From Azolla caroliniana (lineage: Eukaryota; Plantae; Polypodiophyta): DNA of 11,844 nucleotides. Below, in pieces: positions 1 to 6,978 of this stretch (position 1 is the first letter of the stretch; each line of letters starts with the position of its first letter). The translations under genes were made by a program, and so were the position numbers. The stretch is taken from positions 1-11,844 of the forward strand of contig JBHGNT010001125.1 in assembly GCA_043228905.1 (NCBI GenBank), read 5' to 3'. The notes under the pieces were generated by a model. The model had not been told where the DNA came from, made no database searches, and worked only from the letters and a program-made list of their open reading frames with translations.

Positions 1-7
1 GCAAGGT

Positions 8-487
8 ATGATGGCAAGCATCGACAATATTCTTGCACGAGTAGGGATCTTCGAAGGTATGAATTTAACAAGGTTTTTGAAGATTTACAATGAAGAAATG
101 CTGAAACGAGGTGTCAAGGAAGTTGCAAAAATTAATAGCTTTAGTCGAGTTGCTGCGATTGGGCTACAAGAAAGGGTCCAGGAGCTACAGAGAGAGCATC
201 ATACATGGGCGACTTTCGAAAGAGCATTATTGAAAGAATACAACCTCAACGATATGTCAAGGATGACAAGGAAAGCTTTGATGGATTGGGTAGAGTCTGA
301 TAAACATTTAAGTGTTTTGGAAGTGTTAAAAGAACTTTCACAAAGATTTGAGCAATTAAATGTTAGAGATAGAAATATAATAATGCCAGATAAAGTAATA
401 TTGTTTCTACAAGCTACTAATATTAAAGACAGGAAGGACTTGCGAATGCTTTTAGAAGATCAGAATAGTCCAAGTGGATTTCTTTAG
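8..487 (+). pseudogene. gag: Truncated retrotransposon Gag (capsid-like) ORF, element A
   Basis: 159-aa helical ORF with Gag-like motifs (F.G.N..FL..Y near the N-terminus; TW..F...L...Y). The frame ends at ~480, where it meets opposite-strand integrase sequence. Assignment is by motif recall only. Confidence 0.6.
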
Positions 488-770
488 TACATAATTTTTT
501 TGTTTTAACATCGAGAATTCTTTCTGGTACATGTGGTTTAGAAGATAATTCTTCAGAAGTAACCAGAGTTTCAGTTGTAACTTTATTGTCGCCAGAACCT
601 AGAAGTTCTTTTAGACGACTCACATGAAAGATTGGATGAATTCCGACACCATCGGGAAGAGCGAGACGATAGGCTGATGACCCAATGCGTTTGAGGACTT
701 TGAAAGGTCCACAAAACCGTGGGGCTAACTTAGCGCACTTACCCGTAGACAATGTCTTAGAATTGTGAGG
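483..770. repeat. 288-bp direct repeat, copy 1 (integrase C-terminus / chromodomain start)
   Basis: Matches 1305-1592 at offset 822; 10 mismatches by manual alignment. Confidence 0.95.
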
Positions 771-1304
771 TACACGTAAAAATACTCTCTATCCAGGGTT
801 GAATACATGAGGTTGCCTATGATGGTCAGCATAAAAACGCGCTCTATCTTGAGCTGTTTTTATATTATCTCGTGCAATATGCAACATATCTTGCATATCC
901 CGAAGAAAGTTTTGCGTACTTCACAAGTCATCATGATGTATATTAACATCAATCGGAGCTCGTGGCTGAAAACCATACATCAACATAAAAGGACTATATC
1001 CCGTCGACGTATGCTTGGAGCTGTTATAAGCAAACTCCAAAATTGGGAGATAACGCTCCCATTTTGTTGGTTTTGCACCAACGTATGCTCGAAGCAAGTC
1101 CTCAATAATTTGATTTACTCATTCTGTCGGTCTATCGGATTGAGGATGATCCATGGAGCTCATGCTCAACGTAGTTTCTAACTTCTTAAAGACTTGCGTC
1201 CAGAAGTCACTAGTAAACTTTGGATCTCGATCACTCACGATATCCATCGTTAACCCATGAAAACGAAATAACTCGTCAACGAATTGGTAAGCCAATTCCG
1301 GACG
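483..1304 (-). pseudogene. Ty3/Gypsy integrase core and C-terminus (GPF/GPY motif) plus start of chromodomain, degenerate
   Basis: Minus-strand translation: IVSDRDPKFTSDFW...HPQSDRPTE*VNQIIEDLLRAY...LEFAYNSSKHTSTGYSPF...KLAPRFCGPFKV...IHPIFHVSRLK...PERILDVKTKK. Contains several in-frame stops. Confidence 0.92.
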
Positions 1305-1592
1305 TTTAGTACATAATTTTTTTGTTTTAACATCAAGAATTCTTTCTAGTACATGTGGTTTAGAAGATAATTCTTCAGAAGTAACCAGAGTTTCAGTTGT
1401 AACTTTATTGTCGCCAGAACCTAGAAGTTCTTTTAGACGACTCACATGAAAGACTGGATGAATTCCGACACCATCGGGAAGAGCGAGATGATAGGTTGAT
1501 GACCCAATGTGTTTGAGGACTTTAAAGGGTCCACAAAACCGTGGGGCTAACGTAGCGCACTTACCCATAGACAATGTCTTAGAATTGTGAGG
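1305..1592. repeat. 288-bp direct repeat, copy 2
   Basis: TTTAGTACATAA...AATTGTGAGG, ~96.5% identical to 483-770. Confidence 0.95.
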
Positions 1593-2221
1593 CCTGAACG
1601 GAATTGCTCCATTAGGGCTTGTTCATCCCAAGGAATATCTCTTGCGATGAGACGGAAATTGGCAACATATGTTGAAGCTGGTTGATCACCTTGACGAAGT
1701 GTACGAATCTTGTTGATAGTTGTTCTCGCCCCATCAGTATCTCCGAAACAAGCCTTAAATTCCTTGATAAATTCCTCGAAATTATTCAGTAGAGGAGAAT
1801 TGGTCTCTAGCAATGGAGCAAACCACGACAACGCTATGCCAGTCAATAAAGTGCCCACTAGCCCGACTCGTGATGCATCTGTTGGATAACGTGCGGGATG
1901 CATTTGAATCACCAACCGTACTTGATTCAAAAAACCTCGGAAATGCGCCCTCGACCCATCAAATTTAGCTGGGAGGCTAATTTTGGGCTCCTTGATAAGT
2001 CCCTGACCTTCAACCCTTTGTTGTTGTAACACGACGATTGTCGACTCTAACTGTTGCACTCGTCGCGTGAACTCCTCTTATTGTTGTTGCTTCTCTATAG
2101 TAACCTTTTGTAGATCCCCAAGTAGACGTTGATTCTCTACTTCAAGAGATGCGAACTTGGATTTAAGGTTCTCCATTTCTGCAACAAGGGTGAGATATTC
2201 TTCTGAGTTAATGGCAGCCAT
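1590..2221 (-). pseudogene. gag: Ty3/Gypsy chromovirus-like Gag of element C (coiled-coil N-terminus + capsid), 3'-truncated
   Basis: ATG at 2221 gives MAAINSEEYLTLVAEMENLK...QQQ*EEF (TAA at 2080-2078), in frame with EPKISLPAKFDGSR..FRGFLNQ...ALSWF...LRQG...Y...F (major homology region)...FRSGL. It then fuses to integrase sequence. Confidence 0.88.
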
Positions 2222-2246
2222 GGTTTCAAGATGGTTACAAAGGAGG

Positions 2247-2250
<4 letters not shown>

Positions 2251-2296
<46 letters not shown>
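2251..2296. repeat. (GA)23 microsatellite in the 5' UTR of element C
   Basis: Perfect GA dinucleotide run between the PBS-like site and the gag ATG. Confidence 0.98.
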
Positions 2297-2300
<4 letters not shown>

Positions 2301-2307
2301 GAATCAA
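2296..2307 (-). promoter_or_regulatory. Putative self-priming primer-binding site of element C
   Basis: Minus strand TTGATTCGAATT begins 2 nt after the LTR end. It is the perfect reverse complement of minus-strand AATTCGAATCAA (2439-2428) inside the LTR. No TGG-type tRNA PBS is present. Confidence 0.8.
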
Positions 2308-2463
2308 ACTGTCAGAACCAAGGATAAAAGATAGAGTGATGGAAGAAGGATAGAGAAGAATGTATGTATAAGATAGAGAAAGAAAGAGAATGGATACAAG
2401 ATATGTAATGAGAGCTAAAGACTGGTGTTGATTCGAATTGATTTGAGAATACATGTATGCGCT

Positions 2464-2471
2464 TATTTATA
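2464..2471 (-). promoter_or_regulatory. TATA box (TATAAATA) of element C LTR
   Basis: CCTATAAATAAG on the minus strand, 32 nt upstream of a pyrimidine-A initiator-like site (TCAA, A at 2439). Confidence 0.75.
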
Positions 2472-2496
2472 GGTTCCTATAGAATAGCTTAGAGAT

Positions 2497-2560
2497 TTCT
2501 AGAATGTTCTAGACCTAGAATGCTCTAGGACATTCTAGAACATTCTAGAATAATCTAGAG
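2497..2560. promoter_or_regulatory. Heat-shock element (nGAAn) array in U3 of element C
   Basis: TTCtaGAAtgTTC (2497-2509) and TTCtaGAAcaTTCtaGAA (2533-2550), flanked by in-phase near-consensus pentamers. Confidence 0.72.
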
Positions 2561-2705
2561 TTTTTACAATAATCAATGTAATACAAGTAGCTTTTATTGT
2601 TTCATATAACAATAAGCTATCTTAATGGTTGAGGTTTTCAAGTATGAATTACAAGGTTCGAGGTTCAAGTTCGAGTGACGCCATAATGGTCATGTGTTCA
2701 TGACA

Positions 2706-4600
2706 CTTTCAAGGACTCGTGTTCCGTAGTTACCACAAAGCGATTTCCATAAAGATAACGGCGCCATGTTTTGAGCGCATGTATAACTGCAAATAATTCC
2801 TTTTCTTGAACGGTATACCGACATTGAGCAGAATCAAGTTTCTTACTCTCGAATGCTATTGGTTTACCATCTTGATACAAGACAGCACCTATAGCATAAT
2901 CGCTTGCATCGGTTTTAACCTCAAAAGGTTTTGAAGGATCAAGTAAAAGAAGTGAAGGAGTCTTGCAAACCAGGTCCTTGAGTTCTTTAAAGGCGAGGTC
3001 TAGTGTAGTATTCCACAGAATAGGTTTTGTAGACTTACGCATTTGACCTTTTAAAATATTAGTAATCGGAATCGTCAATTGGGAGTAATTACGAAGAGAC
3101 TTTCGCAAAAACCCGACAAAACCAAGGAATGATCGAACTTCTCGAATATTCCGAAGAGTGGGCCAAAGCTTGATTTTGTCAATGCGAGAAGGATGAATTT
3201 CAACTCCTCGTTTGGTTATGAGATGTCCACGATAAGTAATTGATTTCTTGAAGAACTCACATTTTGAGATCTTCGCATAAAACTGTTTGTCACGTAATGT
3301 TTGTAAAACAAAGCGGACATGTCTAGCATGTTCTTTTAATGTACGGCTATAAACTAAAATATCATCCAAGAAAATAACAACAAATATTCCACGTTGTTCT
3401 CGGAAAATGTCATTCATTTCTTGTTGAAAAGTAGCCGGAGCATTGGTCAAATCAAAAGGCATAACCAAAAACTCGTAATGGCCATAGCGCGTACGAAATG
3501 TCGTTTTAGGAACATCGTCCTCACTTATTTGTATTTGATGGTAGCTAGTACGGAGATCAAGTTTCATAAAATATTGAGCTCCCTAGAGACGGTCTATTAG
3601 ATCGTCAGCCCGGGGCAATGGGTACGAATTCTTGATCGTCACTTTATTCAAGCGTCAGTAATTAATACACATACGCCATGTGGCCTCTTTCTTTTTTACC
3701 AAGAGAACTGGTGCACCCCATGGAGATTTACTATAACATATATAACACATTCGTAAATAGTCCTTGAGTTGCTTAGATACCTCATCTTCTTCGGATCGAC
3801 TTAAGCGATACAAAGGTATACTTATTGGTGCAACACCAGGTACAATATCTATACGATGGTCTATATTACATTTAGGAGGTAACCCATCAGGTAGTTCACT
3901 TGGAGAAACATCATGAAAATCATTTAAGATTTGATCAAGTTGTTGTTCAAAATATGTTAATTGAACCGGGACATTATCGATATTGTAAACGTGAATGTCC
4001 GGATCAAGTACACAATAAAATAACGTAGAACAAGACAACTCGGATTTTTATGAACACGAGGAAACAATCGAGAGGGATTGTTTTTTGATACATTGAATAA
4101 AATGCGTACAATCGTTCAATACAAAAGAAATAAATAAAGAAGATATTGTAAACATGAATGTCCGGATCAAGTACACAATAAAATAACGTAGAACAAGACA
4201 ACTCGGATTTTTATGAACACGAGGAAACAATCGAGAGGGATTGTTTTTTGATACATTGAATAAAATGCGTACAATCGTTCAGTACAAAAGAAATAAATAA
4301 AGAAGAGTTTTTATTATAAAACTAGGGATAACCCAGTATTACATCGGTGGTACAAAGATTCATTACATGGAAGTCTACTTCCTCTATATAAGTATCAATA
4401 GAAATTCCGAATGAATGAATCACCCCGTTGATGTATTGTACTCTTCAAACAGCCAAGTGCACCGTGTAGGTGTGATCACTTACGGTGGGTTGGATTCCCG
4501 ATATCTGAACCAAACGATCATTCAGAAAATTGTGTGAGCTTCCTGAATCAAATAAAAATTGTACAGGAGATCCATTGATATACACGTTTGCACGTAGTAA
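2706..4600 (-). pseudogene. pol: Ty3/Gypsy pol of element B: aspartic protease, reverse transcriptase, RNase H (degenerate, truncated at 2706)
   Basis: PR: FLFDSGSSHNF (~4526-4558) and DVILG. RT: SPWGAPVLLVKKK..WRMCINY*RLN, KLDL..YHQI, HYEFLVMPF, FLDDILVYS. RH: TDASDYAIGAVL, EKELFAV. Contains stops and frameshifts. Confidence 0.95.
3979..4304. repeat. 163-bp tandem duplication (3979-4141 / 4142-4304)
   Basis: Head-to-tail copies with 2 mismatches (3991/4154, 4119/4282) and GA microhomology at the junction. Confidence 0.96.
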
Positions 4601-4699
4601 ATCATTGGGACCCAATACATAGTGAGGGAAAGAACATTGACAATTACTTAAATGATGTGTATAGACGTGAAGGACATTAGGAATCTGACCTTTATGGTC

Positions 4700-5596
4700 T
4701 GCAACTTTAGCTTTGTTGTCGTGGTCTTTCCGTTGGAGCTTTCGACATTGATCTTTTGTATGACCCTTCTTTTTGCAGAATACAAAAGCGATCCAGGAAT
4801 TCGTTGGGTGTCTTGCCTTTCCCAACAAATTGCGACTGCTTAGTCCCGAGCGTTTCGTTGGGTTTGTCGTGGTCCTTCGAAGTGCGTTGATCGCGAAGAA
4901 CTATTTCAACGGCCTCTTCGAAGGATTTTGGATCCTATCGTGCACTATCCAGTGATAGTCCGAATTGGGGATGCCATTGAGAAAACAAACTATCAACCAA
5001 TTGTCCCCTTCTAGACCCGATTTTTGGATTTGGGTTCTAGCATGGTGAACATAGTCTTCTAGCGAGGAAAATTTCCTGCTAGAGAGGTTCATTAAAGCTT
5101 GTGTTGCCTCGGTTCGAGAGGAAGGTTGCAGAAATTGGCCCTTAAAAACCGTGACAAAATTTGTCCAGGTATCGGGCAATTTCCCCATAGTACGGAGCCC
5201 ACGCCACCAGGCGGCGACCTTACCCCCGAGTTCTCGGCCGACATATGCAATCTTCGTACTATCTGGCGTGGGATAGAGCTCAAAATGACACTCCCATCGG
5301 CCCAGCCTTGTGTAGATTGCTTCTTCGGTTCTTTCCTTTTTGTCTCCCGTAAATGGCTTAACGACAAATGATGGTTCACCTTGTCGCTCATTAGGTCTAT
5401 TACTCTCACATTGTAGACTAATGACACGTGCCTCAAGAGCACTCTGAGATTGCCGAAGTTCGGTCATTTGTTGTGCGGTGAAACTAAGGTATTGGCTTAT
5501 TTGTGCCAAATACATCTCAGTGGACATTTGTTCAGGAGGATTCCCTTGAGTTCCTTCCGCATGAGCGGATGACATCAAGTCGTTAATTTGAACCAT
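4700..5596 (-). pseudogene. gag: Ty3/Gypsy Gag of element B with CCHC zinc knuckle, frameshifted
   Basis: ORF 5596->4901 has PFTG..., LGGKVAAWW, TWTNF...F..QF and FLNGI. Other frames give DPKSFEEAVEI and C-x-FCKKKGHTKDQC (4784-4745). Confidence 0.88.
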
Positions 5597-6234
5597 TAAA
5601 GATTATTTCTGGAAAAGAAATAGGATAAGGTTAGAGAGATAGTCCTAACATCATGTCGTGATGTAAACATATCATGGGCAAACATTGATCGATATCATGA
5701 TCTCACGTCAATACCCCTCTAGACATATGAGATGAGGTTCATGATCAGGTTACTATGGTAACACAAAGGTGTTTTAAAAACCATGGGGGTGACAATTTAA
5801 TGTCTTTCCCTGATCTCTATATCAATTTTTTCATGGCAGCTCCCCGAGGCTCAACCATGTATGTTCATGTCATGAGTAGTTTATACACGAAAAAAAATGT
5901 TAACGATAAACTATGTTTCTTTGCCCACATATTATGTGGTTTCGGCTCTTTAAGTCCTATTAGGAGGACCATGAGGTGCACTTAGACCTTAACTCTAAAC
6001 ATTTGTTATAGTCATATGTATCAAGTATGTTGTATGGTCTTGGTCATATTTGAACTCGAGACCTCGAGAACAAATACATTAAACACTTGAGCCAACCAAG
6101 TAAGTTGCTCTTCTCGAATGCTTAATGTTTGATGCATATAAGAGATATGCGAGGCATTTGATTATATATGTTTTTTTTAAAAGACCATATATGTCAAGGG
6201 TCCTTATTTCGCCCTCATTTACCAAAACTATGTT

Positions 6235-6239
6235 GGTAC
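6235..6239. repeat. Target-site duplication GGTAC (left)
   Basis: Identical to 11693-11697; both abut the LTR ends. Confidence 0.95.
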
Positions 6240-6873
6240 TGTTAGATATAATCAATGATCAGCCCCAAGTTGTAAATCTATCCCCATATGTGCTCTTAGA
6301 GTGCACATTTTGTGATAGCGCCCCAAATGAGGAGCGGCTAGTGTGCAACTCGACCATATGGGTCGATAAGGTGTTAATCTAGGAAACCGTAGATGCGTAG
6401 GACACAATATATTTAGGAAAGAGAGAAATAGATAAAAGGATTGGCTAATCAAGTCAACTAGAATATTTTGTGGGCAAGTTACGATGTACTTAGTCTTGAA
6501 GTATGCGTCATTGACTTCAAGATAAGTATTATCTAGCACTAGCCTGTACCTAGGGAGTTGGGTCATATTAAATGACAAGTCAGTTGACAGAAAAGGAATA
6601 TCTCCACTACTGTCAACTGACTTGCACATTTATACTAAGACCAAACATAGATTATAAGTCACTTTTCTCACACAGTGATCAGATTGATCATTAGTCCCCA
6701 CTAATTTTGTAGTGAGCCGGTCCATATCCTATCTAAGCTCTAAGGTGTGAGCGCATGGGAAAACTACCATTTTTGAACTACTCTCATATGTAATAGAAAT
6801 TCTGTTTTCATATATCCATCTCTGCAGTTGTAACTCTATATACCTATCTACTCGATTCTCAATATTTCTAATA
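6240..6873 (+). repeat. 5' LTR of Copia element (634 bp)
   Basis: TGTTAGA...TCTAATA; matches 11059-11692 except at 6457, 6675 and 6678. Confidence 0.97.
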
Positions 6874-6885
6874 TGGTATCAGAGC
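6874..6885 (+). promoter_or_regulatory. Primer-binding site for initiator tRNA-Met
   Basis: TGGTATCAGAGC immediately after the 5' LTR; the standard plant iMet PBS. Confidence 0.96.
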
Positions 6886-6978
6886 GAAGAGGTTGATCTA
6901 GATTAGGTATATACGGGTAGTTGCTGTCTAGCAACAGAGAGAAATAGAGAGAGAGACAGAGACAGAGACAGAGTATCA

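Larger units (their letters stand above)
1590..2705 (-). mobile_element. Element C: 5' fragment (LTR-PBS-UTR-gag) of a Ty3/Gypsy chromovirus-like retrotransposon nested in element B
   Basis: Ordered LTR, PBS, UTR and gag; the LTR start interrupts B's RNase H after HESLK. Confidence 0.82.
2310..2705 (-). repeat. 5' LTR (396 bp) of Gypsy element C
   Basis: Minus strand starts TGTCATGAAC, exactly where the RNase H frame of element B breaks, and ends GTTCTGACA (TGTCA/TGACA inverted termini). It contains a TATA box and is followed by a PBS-like site, UTR and gag. No partner LTR in the window. Confidence 0.82.
2706..5596 (-). mobile_element. Element B: decayed Ty3/Gypsy retrotransposon internal region
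   Basis: Domain order gag-PR-RT-RH. Its LTR boundaries could not be fixed. Confidence 0.92.

Noticed and set aside
807-1181. Plus-strand 124-aa ORF and other shadow ORFs (e.g. 3394-3600, 5099-5371, 9366-9788, 10536-10808)
   Set aside because: Antisense or off-frame shadows of gag/pol sequence.
483-1592. 288-bp repeats as LTRs of a TRIM/mini-element
   Set aside because: They encode integrase/chromodomain, lack TG...CA ends, PBS, PPT and TSD.
2137-2454. 105-aa hydrophobic ORF with LSLSLS run
   Set aside because: Translation of the (TC)n microsatellite and pyrimidine-rich LTR/UTR; crosses the LTR boundary.
3979-4304. 163-bp unit as a nucleosome-sized satellite or CRISPR-like array
   Set aside because: Only two copies, no spacers, and derived from pol coding sequence.
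5640-5750. Short palindromes (CATGAT/ATCATG, GATATC) and a possible LTR end at TGTAAAC
   Set aside because: No partner LTR, convincing PBS or long stem; boundary cannot be supported.
6055-6068. Tandem CTCGAG palindromes
   Set aside because: Too short to distinguish from chance.
6252-6629. 125-aa antisense ORF duplicated in both LTRs (also 11071-11448)
   Set aside because: The duplication follows from LTR identity; no recognisable motif and no support for coding.
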